A stretch of DNA of 64,000 bases from contig OX597827.1 in the NCBI GenBank assembly GCA_951406725.2, forward strand, positions 14,880,001-14,944,000. The letters run 5' to 3'. Positions 37,371 through 49,945 of this stretch are shown one piece after another. Positions within the stretch are counted from its first letter, which is position 1. The number at the start of each line of letters is the position of its first letter. A program made the position numbers and the translations under genes. Below the pieces are notes generated by a model. The model saw only the letters and a list, made by a program, of their open reading frames with translations, was not told the origin of the DNA and ran no database searches. Origin of the DNA: Octopus vulgaris. Lineage: Eukaryota.

Positions 37371-38319
37371 TGCAACTTAAATTAAATGAAAAAATGAAAT
37401 GCTTTGGTTTAATGCCTAAGTAATTTATTTTCATGTGGATTTTAAGAGACTACATGTGTATGTGGTTTCAAATTTGAATTTTTATCTTTTTTCTTTCCAT
37501 GAACACCAGGATTTGCAAGGCCGAAACTTAATCCATTAGCATTCGGATTATTCTCTCAAATGTAATCGCTCTTTTTCTTTTTTTCACTTGCTTCAGTCAT
37601 TTTGTCTGTCCTTGTTTGTCCTCTCTGTGTTTAGCCCCTTGGGGGTAGTAAAGAAATAGGTATGTAGCAGGTCAGTAGAAATGAGTTTAGAATTCTGAAA
37701 TTTCTCTGTAATGCAAAGACCACATTTCCTGCACCCATATGTAAATGTGTTCCTTTCATTTCTTGCACTTCTAATTAGAATTTGAAAATACAAGTGTCAT
37801 CTTGGGAAGTATCAGCTCGAAACTTCTTAACAACAAGAAACTTTTTCAAAGTCAAACTTCATATAAATATCAAATATATTTCCATCACTAATTTCCATCA
37901 CAACTGTCCATACACTGAAGCACAGCAAATGATGAAGTTGCATGTGATACAATGTGTATGTGAATGCATTCATATTTATTTATTGACTTAATACCCATTT
38001 TTCCTGCTAGCACAGATTGGACAAGAACATATTATTATTGGGTGCTCATTCTGTTGCTAACCCTGACACATTTTTCAAGCAAAGTATTTTCATTTGACTT
38101 GTCCTCAAAAGTGTTGAGCTGCAGGACAATTTATTGATAGAGAATTGTCAACATAGTGTCATTGCTTTTGCTCAAGTAATTTCCTGCAAAGACTTTGCAA
38201 AATTTAAACATTCACACCTTTACACAGTATGCATACATTCATGTATAAATAAATTTATATATATATGCACATATAGCTGTACATGTACATATACATATAT
38301 ATGTATATGCATATATGCA

Positions 38320-38361
<42 letters not shown>

Positions 38362-38954
38362 CATATATGCATGTATATATACACATATATATATATATAT
38401 ATATAAACACACACACATATATATATATACATATGTACATGCATGTGTGCACATATATACATACATATATATGTATGTATGTATGTATGTATATGCAACA
38501 GATTTTCATGTATTTTCTATCAACCAATGTAATTCACAAGGCTTTACACAACCTGGGCTTTAGTGAAAAAACACTTGCCCAATATTCCACATACTGGAAT
38601 TGAACCAAAAACCATGTAGGCCCAAAGTGAACTTCTTAACCCCACAGGAAGATAAGTAGAACAAAATTCAGACAAATGACAGAAATAATAAAATTAAGAC
38701 CATGCATTTAGCAAGTATAGATAAATTCTTTAATAAACTAAGGTTTCAGAACACAGTTCTCAATATATGGCATATTTATTTGCTCTGTGCATCATCATAG
38801 ATTAGCAATGAATACTCCTGTGATTTTGTATACATACAAAATATTTTTTCATCTCTTGCTGAGCACTGAGCATGCATGCACTGGAATATTTGGTTTGTAT
38901 GTAATGTAAAAAATAATTTGATATTTGATGTTTGATAGAAAAAAAAAAATTGTT

Positions 38955-39172
38955 TACTCTTTACTCTTTGCTCTTTTACTTGTTTCAGTCATTTTGACTG
39001 CGGCCATGCTGGAACACCGCCTTTAGTCAAGCAAATCGACCCCGGGACTTATTCTTTGTAAGCCTAGTACTTATTCTATCGGTCTCTTTTGCCGAACCGC
39101 TAAGTAACGGGGATGTAAACACACTAGCATCGGTTGTCAAGCCATGCTAGGGGGACAAACACAGACACACGT

Positions 39173-39221
<49 letters not shown>

Positions 39222-39387
39222 TACGACAGGCTTCTTTCAGTTTCCGTCTACCAAATCCACTCACAAGGCATTGGTCGGCCCGGGGCTATAGCAGAAGACA
39301 CTTGCCCAAGATGCCACGCAGTGGGACTGAACCCTGAACCATGTGGTTGGTTAGCAAGCTACTTACCACACAGCCACTCCTGCGCCT
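38955..39387 (-). mobile_element. SINE family A, full length, young
   Basis: reverse complement of 28514-28920. Confidence 0.92.
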
Positions 39388-39519
39388 TTATTTTATTTTC
39401 CTGACATCTTAGGGCTTGTGTCAAAATAAACAATATATAGCCTTTTTCTTCAATAGAAGCACACTCAACATTTGATTATTTCATCATTAAATTTCATTTC
39501 ATATATATATATTATTTTA

Positions 39520-39768
39520 TTCTTTTACTTGTTTCAGTCATTTGACTGCGACCATGATGGAGCACTGTCTTTAGTCAAACAAGTCGACCCCAGGACTTTT
39601 TCTTCATAAGTCTAGTACTTATTGTATTGGTCTTTTTTGCCGAACCGCTAACTTGTGGGACGTAAAATGGTGGAGGGGACAAACACAGACACACAAGCAT
39701 ACTCACATATATATACATATATACACACACATATATATATACATATACACACACATATATATATATAC

Positions 39769-39821
<53 letters not shown>

Positions 39822-39861
39822 CATATATATACAATATATATACATATATATACATATATAT

Positions 39862-39893
<32 letters not shown>

Positions 39894-39904
39894 CACATAT
39901 ATAT

Positions 39905-39993
<89 letters not shown>

Positions 39994-40321
39994 CACATAC
40001 ATATATATATACATATATCTATATGTGTGTGTTCACATTCGGCTGTATATTTTTGAAAGTGTAGGTCAAATATCTGTTATGCGATGACGCTTGATCGCAT
40101 ACATATTTAATTCTAACACTCAAATTTATATCTTGAAATGCTGTACTGAAGATGAGAAATAAGTAAATATTACTTTACTTTAATCCCGAAACGCATATGT
40201 AGCTACTCTGAGTCATGTAGATTCGTTATTTTTTCTTTTTACCTATGTAAAAAAGTGTCTTATTGTCTTGAAGCAATTAGCTTACCCCTGATTATAATTA
40301 TGTTTAAAATTATAGAATATT

Positions 40322-40357
<36 letters not shown>

Positions 40358-40505
40358 GCTTCTTCCAGTTTTTGTCTACCAAATCCACTCATAAGCCTTT
40401 GGTCAGCCCGAGGCTATAGTAGAAGATACTTGCCCGAGGTGCCACGCAGTGGGACTGAACCCGGAACCATGTGGTTGGTAAGCAAGCTACTTACCACACA
40501 GCCAC
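39520..40505 (-). mobile_element. SINE A split by expanded (TA/CA)n and a Penelope-like fragment (~40030-40325)
   Basis: A 3' half 39520-39700, A 5' half 40355-40505. Confidence 0.75.
40140..40203 (+). ncRNA. Decayed type-I hammerhead motif
   Basis: gctgta-CTGAAGA-tgaga...tccc-GAAACGCATA-tgtagc (ACGCGT palindrome with CpG decay). Confidence 0.5.
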
Positions 40506-40753
40506 GTATGCATATGATAGTCTTTTCCAATCTTCCTCTTCCCTATGCCTATTGTTTTGATCCCTAACTTGACTACATTGTTTTGCTATTAGTCACCAGC
40601 ATTTTTTATCAGCTACTAGCATTTCTATCATTCATTAATATTTTCTGTCAGTCATCAATATTTTCCATTATTTATTCATTTAAATTTTTTTTTCCTGTAT
40701 TTTTACTCTCTATAATCCCATTCTCACAACTTACTTTTTTCTTTTAATGGCTT

Positions 40754-40784
40754 TAGTAGTAGTAGCAGCAGTAGTAGTAGTAGC

Positions 40785-40832
<48 letters not shown>

Positions 40833-40867
40833 TAGTAGTAGTAGTAGCAACAGCAGTAGCTGTAGTT

Positions 40868-40916
<49 letters not shown>

Positions 40917-40942
40917 CAGCAGCAACAGCAGTAGCTGTAGTT

Positions 40943-40973
<31 letters not shown>

Positions 40974-41026
40974 CAGTAGTAGTAGTAGTAGTAGTAGTAG
41001 TAGCAACAGCAGTAGCTGTAGTTGTT

Positions 41027-41063
<37 letters not shown>

Positions 41064-41080
41064 CAGTAAGAGCAGTAGCT

Positions 41081-41125
<45 letters not shown>

Positions 41126-41149
41126 ACAGCAACAGCAGTAGCTGTAGTT

Positions 41150-41183
<34 letters not shown>

Positions 41184-41259
41184 AGGAGGAGGAGGAGGAG
41201 GAGGAGGAGGAGCAACAGCAGTAGCTGTAGCAGTAGCAGTAGTAGTAGTAGTAGTAGTA

Positions 41260-41306
<47 letters not shown>

Positions 41307-41360
41307 ACAGCAGCTGCAGTAGCAGCAGCAGTAGCTGTAGCAGCAATAGTAGTATTAGTA
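40754..41360. repeat. (TAG)n tract with recurring higher-order unit agcaacagcagtagctgtagttg
   Basis: direct reading. Confidence 0.95.
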
Positions 41361-41491
41361 GACATCAATTGTAGTATAGAAAATGTGAAATATATGGAAT
41401 CAGAGCAGAAATATATTTGGAGAATGGCCCCAAATGTGTAGTGGTGGGGGGGCAATGAATGTCTTAACCTTTGTTGTCCATTTTAACATAC

Positions 41492-41588
41492 ATGACTACT
41501 TGGCCCTTGAATGTCTTTATAAGAGCCCTGCAAGCAGTCAGGAAGATCATCACACTTCTTTTCCTTCTTTTCATCAGTTCTGGAGAGC
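41492..41588 (-). CDS. Candidate exon (frame ambiguous: SPELMKRRKRSVMIF... or LSRTDEKKEKKCDDLP...)
   Basis: acceptor tctttatcttcttcag|, donor CAT|gtatgt, purine-rich, 97 nt, two frames open. Confidence 0.35.
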
Positions 41589-41704
41589 CTGAAGAAGATA
41601 AAGAGTGCTACCCTTCCTGCTCTAAGTGATGTGAAAACAAAAAATAATAAATGATGGACTCTTTAAGACATACTCTTTTGACAGCAGATAAAATTCAAGT
41701 CGTC

Positions 41705-42114
41705 TTACTCTTTTACTTTTTTACTTGTTTCAGTCATTTGACTGCGGCCATGCTGGAGCACCGCCTTTTAGTCGAGCAAATCGACCCCGGGACTTATTCT
41801 TTGTAAGCCCAGTACTTATTCTATCAGTCTCTTTTGCCGAACCGCTAAGTGACGGGGACGTAAACACACCAGCATCGGTTGTCAAGCAATGCTAGGGGGA
41901 CAAACACAGACACACAAACACATACACACACATATATATATACATATATACGACAGGCTTCTTTCAGTTTCCGTCTACCAAATCCACTCACAAGGCATTG
42001 GTTGGCCCGGGGCTATAGCAGAAGACACTTGCCCAAGATGCCATGCAGTGGGACTGAAACTGGAACCATGTGGCTGGTTAGCAAGCTACTTACCACACAG
42101 CCACTCCTGCGCCT
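41705..42114 (-). mobile_element. SINE family A, full length, young
   Basis: reverse complement of 28514-28920. Confidence 0.92.
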
Positions 42115-42557
42115 TATTTAATTTTTATGTTGCCTAGCCACCAGTTTCATTGAATAACTTGCATTTCAAATTTAGCTAGGGTAGTGCTTACAGTTCTGTG
42201 TGGCACCAAAATGTGCAATAATGTCAGTGAAGCTAATTACATTCTACTAAGATGTTTTTTGAAACATCCTTGAAGTCACCCAAGCAAGATGGAATAAAAA
42301 ATGAGAAGATCCAACAGAAAAAGATCACAGGGCTGTGTCAGTTTCATCTGGCATGTCACATGGTATTATACATATATTTTTTAATAATATATTATTATTA
42401 TTAATATAAGGAAATTTATATCCGAACTCATCATAAAGATAAATCTGTATAAAAATACTTATATTAAAAATATATATAAATAAATAAATATAAAAATATA
42501 AATATAATGTATAAAATAAATTTGATAGTTTAAAAGTTTTCAATTAATTATTTAAAG

Positions 42558-42649
42558 CATCTTACGATCGTTTCGCAGAAGAGTTGTCCCTATAATGAAA
42601 TCCTATTTTGATAAGCATTTATAGACAACCCTTCTGCTCTTCAGAGATA
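42558..42649 (-). ncRNA. Type-I hammerhead ribozyme, intact core, 14-bp stem II, palindromic stem III
   Basis: tatct-CTGAAGA-gcagaagggttgtc(loop)gacaactcttctgc-GAAACGATCGTA^agatg. Confidence 0.75.
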
Positions 42650-43531
42650 TAAAATATGAATATTGTATAATATGTCGAATGTAAATTGTACAATTTTAAT
42701 AATATATTATTAAAATATATATATATATTGCTTGTATTAAATATATAAATACTTTAATAGTATTAATATTTTTATACAATAGAGCACCCAATATAAATTC
42801 AGTATATAATATTCTTATTGAATATATTTACCTAAAGATTTATACATGGTATTATACTACAGAAAACACCAAACGCTATGCATCTAAGAACAGATTCTAG
42901 AACCATTCCAAATCATTTCAGAATTCTTCTCTTTACTGACTTAGTACAATATTTCCTAAAACTAAAACACTTTCCTTTTACTACTTTACTCTTTTATTTA
43001 TGAGCCAATAACAAACATGAACAATGCTATGAGCTCTATAGAAGAAGCTTCTATGTGGTCACTAGAAATAACAGCCAAATCTCTCTTCAAATCATGCCAT
43101 TATCAAGAGCTGTTACTTGGCCAGTAGATGCCTGCTTCTACAGATAATAAAGTGGGTATTTTGGCACATATTATGCTAAAGTTGTACCACCCTTTCATGA
43201 GCTTGCAGTAGTCCTCAGAATTTATATACTACCTAAATCCCAGTCTGTTGTGGATTACCAGTCAGTGTTGTGCAATCTTTGATATCACCACATAATCAGT
43301 CTACTGTAAATCCCTGTTGAAACAGTAAATTTCCTGCTTGTCAAAGGCTTAGTCTATAACTCTGCAGGGCCTTCACTGAGTACTGTTGACCAGAGTCAGC
43401 TGAGTCCAGAACTAGCAAAACAACAGGTCCGATTCTGCCTGAAAAAGCTAAACTGTTACCTATTACTTGAAATCACAGCGTCCTACCATAAAAGAAGAAC
43501 AAAAGATATACAGACCGGACAATGTAGTTCT

Positions 43532-43830
43532 CATCATCATCATCATCATCATCGTTTAACGTCTGTTTTCCATGCTGGCATGGGTTGAACAGTTTGACTG
43601 GAGGATTGGCAAGCCAGTAGGCTGCGCCAGGCTCCAATCTGATCTGGCAAGATTTCTACAGCTGGATGCCCTTCCTAATGCCAACTACTCCAAGAGTGTA
43701 GTGGATGCTTTTTATGTGCCACTGGCATAGGAGCCAGTCAGGCGGCACTGGCATTGACCACATTCAGATGGTGCTTTTTACGTGCCACCGGCATGGGTGC
43801 CAGTCTGGTGGCACTGGCATTGGCCACAAC
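43532..43830 (-). mobile_element. SINE-like family C
   Basis: (cat)n-cgtttaacgtctgttttccatgctggcatggg...ctggatgcccttcc. Confidence 0.85.
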
Positions 43831-44011
43831 TACAATTTCCATTTTGATTTCGATCTTGATTTGCTTTTGATTTTGATTTTGATTTTTCATTTTTGCTTTT
43901 TTCTGGATATATATAAATATGAGACAGTTGTGACTGACATACCTTTGATCAAAGCCCTACTCAATCAGGGCTGGCTCGGGGTTAAGTAAAAATAATGATA
44001 ACAAAGGATGG

Positions 44012-44425
44012 TATGAGATGTGACAATTGATGTATGCTATGATAAGTTGTGTGTACTTTTATATTTTGTGAGATGTGAAGATATGACAAGATATGACTAC
44101 TGGTGTACTTCATGAGATATGCTGACTGTTGTACTCTATGATATCTGACGACTGATGTACTTTATGAGATATGACTGCTAATGTTATGATATGGTAAGAG
44201 GATTACTAATGTATGTTATGGTAAGATATGACTACTGAAGTATTTTATGAGATGTGATGACTAATGTGACGTGATGACTAATGTGACGAGATGACTAATG
44301 AGATGTGATGACTAATGAGATGTGACTGCTGAGTTATGTTATAATGAGATGTAACTGCTAGTGTTTTTTTTAGGGTAAGATGTGATTATTGAAGTCTGTT
44401 ACAATGATATGTAACTACTGATGTA
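44012..44425. repeat. Degenerate minisatellite (atgagatgtgactactgatgt-like unit)
   Basis: many diverged ~20-30 bp units. Confidence 0.75.
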
Positions 44426-44740
44426 GTAATTATGAATTTTTACACCTATAGCATACCTCAAACAATACTGTCCAAAGTGCAATTTTATAAGAGGGAAGGA
44501 TATAATTTGAGATTTGGCCTAATGAGAAATTACTGCATGATGAGCCATGTCACACGTGGCCTGATTCTCAATTAAAGGTTGATTATGTCTGCTTTAGATC
44601 AAGGTTGAGTGAACCCTCACCCTCAAAGAATTTTGTCTGCATTCCAATTTGTCATTTGTCCATTGCTGAAGTTCCTAAGTTCCATTGTAAAGAATATTGG
44701 TTTAGTCCTTAAGACACCAGCAGTAATTTGCTATAATCAT

Positions 44741-45127
44741 GGCTGTGTGGTAAAAAGTTTGCTTCCAAACCACATGGTTTGGGGTTCAGTCCCAATGTGT
44801 GGCACCTTAGAGAAGTGTGAGTGGATTTGGTATATAGAAACGGAAAGAAGCCTGTTGTATGTATATATATATGTATATATTTGTGTGTTTGTGTATGTGT
44901 TTCTTTGTGTCAGTGTTTCTCCACCACTACCATCACTTGACAACCGGTGTTGGTGTGTTTATATCCCTGTACATTAGTACTCAGCAAAAAAAAAAAAAGA
45001 TCAATACAATCAGTACCAGGCGTAAAAAAATAAGTATTGGGGTTGATTCATTCAACTAAAATTCTTTAAAGCAGTGCTCCAGAATGGCCGCAGGCAAATG
45101 ACTCAAACAAGTAAAAGACAAAAGATA
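44741..45127 (+). mobile_element. SINE family A, older
   Basis: ggctgtgtggtaaaaag...gtgctccagaatggccgc. Confidence 0.8.
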
Positions 45128-45292
45128 ACGGATATCTAATAATTAGTCAAATTAACCTTTTTTCCTACAAACCTATCAGGGGTTCACCCTTGATTCTATG
45201 ATACAATTACAAACTTTTTGTTTTAAATTAATCTGGATTAAACCTTTCATCAAATGTTCCTGTTAATCTATGTTCCAAACACCCGATTAATA

Positions 45293-45519
45293 ATTGTTTC
45301 AAATTTTGGCACAATTCCAGCAAATTTGTTGGGAGAAAGTTAATCAATTACAGTGACCCCAGTACTTGACTGATATTTTATTTTATCGACCCCCCACCAC
45401 CACCAAAAGGATGAAAAACAGAGCTGACCTCAGTGAGATTTGAACTCAGCACATAAAGAACCAGAAGAAATGCTGCTAAGCATTTTGTCTGATGTGGTGA
45501 TGACTGTTAGCTCACCACC

Positions 45520-45564
<45 letters not shown>

Positions 45565-46247
45565 TTCAAATTTTGGGGAGAGATTAAGTCAATTACATCA
45601 ACCCCAGTGTTCAACTGGTATTTATTTTATTGACCCCCAAAAGGATGAAGGGCAAAATCAGCCTCGGTGGAATTTGAACTCAGAACATAAAGATGAACAA
45701 AATACTGTTAGGCATTCTGCCCCGTGTGCTAACAATTCTGCCAGCTTACCACCTTAATAATAATAATAATAATGATCCTTTCTACTAAAGGCACAAGGCC
45801 TGAAATTTTGTTGGAAGGTCACAAGTCAATTACATTGACCCCAGTGTTTCACCGGTACCTAATTTATTGACCTCAAATGAATGAATGGCAAAGTCAACCT
45901 CGGCAGAATTTGAACCCAGAACGTAAAGATGGATGAAATACTGCTAAGCATTTTGCCAGGCGTGCTAATGATTCTGCCAGCTCACCACCTTAATAATAAT
46001 AATTATTATATTGATAACAACAATTCTTTCTACTCTAGAAATAATGCCTGAAATTTTGTGAGAGAGAGGGCTAGTCAATTATGTTGATCCCCAGTGTTCA
46101 GGTGATACCTATTCCATCAAAACTGATGAAGGATGAAAGGTAAAGTCGACCTCATCGGGATATGAACTCCGAACATTAAAGGGCTGGAAAAATGCTATTG
46201 AACATTTTACCTGACATGCTTGTGATTCTGCCAGATGTCTGCCTTAT
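45293..46247 (-). mobile_element. Head-to-tail array of four SINE B copies separated by (TAA)n, probably inside a TTAA-flanked MITE (45156-46353)
   Basis: four repeats of aaatttt...ggatgaa...tttgaactcag...ccagctcaccacct-taataat. Confidence 0.8.
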
Positions 46248-46551
46248 ACTTGATTAATAACGACAAAGATATTTTATTAGATTTTTTCATTATTTTCGAA
46301 ATTAATTCTAACGAATGGCAGCATGTTCCAAAAAAGATACAGCAACCAAAGAGTTAAAAGATTTCATTATTTTTCTCAATGCTAACGATAACCATCCTGA
46401 CAGGTTCTTAATTTCTTGTTCATTCTATGTAGTAAAAAGACTCCCTGTGATTGCAGTAGAGGCTCCCTTTTTGACTCCCATGACTCCCTCTTTGAATTAA
46501 GAAACTCCTTCTTCATGGGTGGCAGCTTCACTATTACTGCCACCAGAGTAA

Positions 46552-46953
46552 TCTTTATACATAAAAGTGAAGTTGTATGTCTGTCTCCTACGATTTAGAT
46601 TCCTAACTACTCCCACATTTTGCGGTGCAGTTTAACCAAAACCGGGTATCTTATAGTCGTGATTCATATCAAGCCCTTCTGGGTATTAGCGCGTGTCTAC
46701 GATGAGTCTACGATTTTAAAAATAATTTACCATCATTTTTTTCCATTTTGATGCATTTTTTTCGCTATTATATAAGGGAAGTAACTCTCTAAAAATGTCT
46801 ACGATGAGTCAATGATTTAAAAAAAAATTTACCATCATTTTTTTTTTTCCATTTTTAATGCATTTTTTTGCTATTTTTTTGCTATAACTCTCTAAAAATG
46901 CTTATATAGTTATTTCCCTTACAAACCCGAGCAACGCCGGGCGATACTGCTAG
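46552..46953 (+). mobile_element. Non-autonomous Helitron
   Basis: A|TC start, 3' hairpin cccg(agcaacgc)cggg, CTAG|T end; internal ~100-bp tandem duplication. Confidence 0.8.
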
Positions 46954-47012
46954 TTCTCTATATATTTCATAACTCAATAAAACAGAATTCAAACTCCCTA
47001 CGAACCACTTAC

Positions 47013-47034
47013 CTGTTTCACCCAATTCTATCAC
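47013..47034 (-). CDS. Candidate 22-nt microexon (VIELGET-g)
   Basis: tttgtttgtttttggcatgcacag|gtgatagaattgggtgaaacag|gtaagt; consensus donor; only frame 0 open. Confidence 0.5.
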
Positions 47035-47757
47035 CTGTGCATGCCAAAAACAAACAAACAAAATATATATATATATATATATTTGATCAAAATTATTGAA
47101 TGAGTAAATGAATCATCATCATAAACACTATTGTCATTTTCATTACCGCCATCATTATTATTGGAATCGTTATTGTTTTCGTCTTTATTGTTATTGCCAT
47201 TATTATCAGTCTACTTCATCCATTGTACTCACTTCAACTATTGATTGGAATCTAATTATAGAATTTTTATATATATATTTCACCAAATTGTTAGCAGCTT
47301 GGTGTAGACCTTGTGTGAATTTATAGAAGAAGAAACAGTGTAGCATTCTTTACTGGTTGAAGGTGAGTCCTTTCCATGCCAGGGAAAGAGGTGAGTGTTT
47401 TCCATGCAATCAACAACACCTTTCACTATGCCATTCTAACTAAATTTATTAACACTGTACTAATTAATGCTATAGCAATCCAACAAAAGTCTCATTTCTA
47501 TTCATATATACAACTTTGCCAAAAAACCAAGCTAATATTAAACACAAAAATACCAGAGTGTAAAATCCATACAATAGATTGCTTTTAAGCTGGGGAATCT
47601 AATAGACTTGTATGGTTAATTATAATTATCAATTTTTATGGGTTAGTCAGAATAGAAGGGGTAGTGTATATGACCTTTATCAGGGCTTTTGTATGAATGG
47701 TGGGCAGAAGTTATCCTCAGACCAGTGACCTAGTACAAATATATATATACACAGACA

Positions 47758-47831
<74 letters not shown>

Positions 47832-47939
47832 ATACATACATACATAATCAGATATATACATACATACATATATATCATCATCATCATCGTTTAACGTCTG
47901 CTTCCCATGCTAGCATGGGTTATATATATACATATATAT

Positions 47940-48330
47940 ACTCTTTTACTCTTTTACTTCTTTCAGTCATTTGACTGTGGCCATGCTGGAGCACCTCCTT
48001 TGGTTGAATAAATCAACCCCAGGACTTATTCTTTATAAGACTAGTACTTATTCTATTGGTCTCTTTTTGCCAAACCGCCAAACCCTAATCCTAAATAACA
48101 CACCAGCATCAGTTGTCAAGCAATGATGGTGGGGACAAACACAAACACATACCTACATATATATACATATATACGACAAGCTTCTTTCAGTTTCCGTCAA
48201 CCAAATTCATTCACAAAGGTTTGGTCAGCCCAAGGATATAGCAGAAGACACTTGCACAAGGTGTCACACAGTGGAACTGAACCCGGAACCATGTGGTTGG
48301 GAAGCAAGCTTCTTACCACAGAGCCACTCT
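47940..48330 (-). mobile_element. SINE family A
   Basis: reverse complement of family A. Confidence 0.85.
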
Positions 48331-48332
48331 TG

Positions 48333-48396
<64 letters not shown>

Positions 48397-48929
48397 CAAG
48401 CAAAACGTTCCCCCGCTGTCCAATGGACGGTGCTGAGTTGTCAAAAATTTAAACTAAAATTTTCTCAAAACAACTTGTCCGACCGTCCCATAGGCCTCCC
48501 CTTTGAGAAACACTGATATAACCTAAATTTGAGACACCAGCAATAGAAGAAATAAAGATAGATTTTTTTTCTATTCAAAAGAAAAACGATTTTATTCACA
48601 CAAATATGCAACCAAAGAGTTTAAAGTACCAGTAATGATAAGGCTTTTGACTGGGAGAACACAAATATGGTTTAAACAGTTAGCTTGGCAAGAAAGAAAC
48701 GTGTTTTCTTTTCATTAAAAAATAATTAAGCATGACTTTATTTCAATAAAATTTTTGGTTTTGTTAAACGAAGTTAAGGCAAAAAAAAACTTCTTGAGAA
48801 ACCAAATAGTCTTTCCTTCCTTCATGCCAAGTGTGAAGAAAATATCTCTTTTGCATCTTACTTTTTTGGTCTCTTAAATATACTGCATTTTGTGGCATTA
48901 TTTCAAGCCAGCCAGCTACACATGCATTT

Positions 48930-49170
48930 TTATCGTCTGCGCATAGTATCGATCGCAACAGCTGATGTACTGGCACATACAAATGCACGTTCCCACGGCT
49001 TTATCGATCGCATTCTCACCTGGAATCGATTTTTGTAATTTTTTGTAGACTTATACATGCCCTGATACCATCGGTAGCTACATAGCAAATTTGAGCGCAA
49101 TCAGATGGAGGATGCCCAAGATCTTAGAAGACACATGCACAGACAGACAGAACGGATTTTATATAATATA
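48930..49170 (-). mobile_element. Helitron-like non-autonomous element 5' part
   Basis: minus start tatattatataaaatccgttctgtctgtctg...ctcaaatttg, similar organisation to 28400. Confidence 0.4.
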
Positions 49171-49194
49171 TATACATATATGTATGTATATAAT

Positions 49195-49500
49195 TTTAAA
49201 ATAGGATAAAATCTCTATAAGAATTTATCAAGTAGTAAGTGTGAAAAACCTCATAAGAGAAAAATCCACCAATTTTTTCTCTTAATATATATATATATAT
49301 ATATGGAAACAAAAGAGACAGGCAGAAACAAAGAAAATACTTCTTGTATTTGAACACTATACAAATATTCTTTTAAAAAGCTTTTCTTTTAATTTTTCCA
49401 AAATTTAATTGCTTGAAAAAGTCTCAATGACTGAAACCGGTACTGAAATGTTTTTTATAAAATTATTTTAGCATTTTCTACCTTGACTTTTTTTCCCATA
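49195..49500. mobile_element. Penelope-like fragments incl. variant hammerhead (49410-49442)
   Basis: TTGAAAA-agtc(tcaat)gact-GAAACCGGTA; 49200-49270 repeated at 62385-62460. Confidence 0.45.
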
Positions 49501-49589
49501 TATATCAATATAATCAAAACTGGAATCATGTGGTTACAGAAGATGTTTATTAACTACTCTCTCATACCTGTAAGTGTAATTAACTAGCA

Positions 49590-49910
49590 GTGTGTCAGTT
49601 ATGGTGACACGGGTTTCAGCTGATCCAATCAACAGAACAGTCTTCTTGAGAAGCTAACATGCAAGTGGCTGAGTACTCTACAGACACACGTAACCATTAT
49701 GTATCTCTCACGGAGATGCAGCATGACACAGAATGTGGCAAGGCTCACCCTTTGAAATATAGGTACAACACATTTTTGCCAGCTGAGTGGACTGGAGAAA
49801 TGTGAAATAAAGCATCTTGCTTAAGGACACAGTGCACTGCCAGGTATTGAACTCATGACCTTACAGTCTTGAGCCAAGTACCCAACCACTTAGCCATGCA
49901 TCTTCACTAG
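49590..49910 (-). mobile_element. SINE family E (head H2 + body T1)
   Basis: head as 56013, body as 53640-53820. Confidence 0.7.
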
Positions 49911-49945
49911 CTGCGGTTAATTATAAGTCCATCACTAGAAAAAAG

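Noticed and set aside
40731-41455. Mucin-like poly-Thr/Ser ORFs
   Set aside because: Pure (TAG)n expansion.
43330-43438. Minus-strand exon after gctttttcag acceptor
   Set aside because: All frames reach stops without a convincing donor; looks like decayed LINE sequence.
45293-46247. CRISPR-like repeat-spacer appearance (also family C units and 44012-44425)
   Set aside because: Eukaryotic context, long diverged SINE or minisatellite units, no constant repeat with unique spacers, no cas genes.
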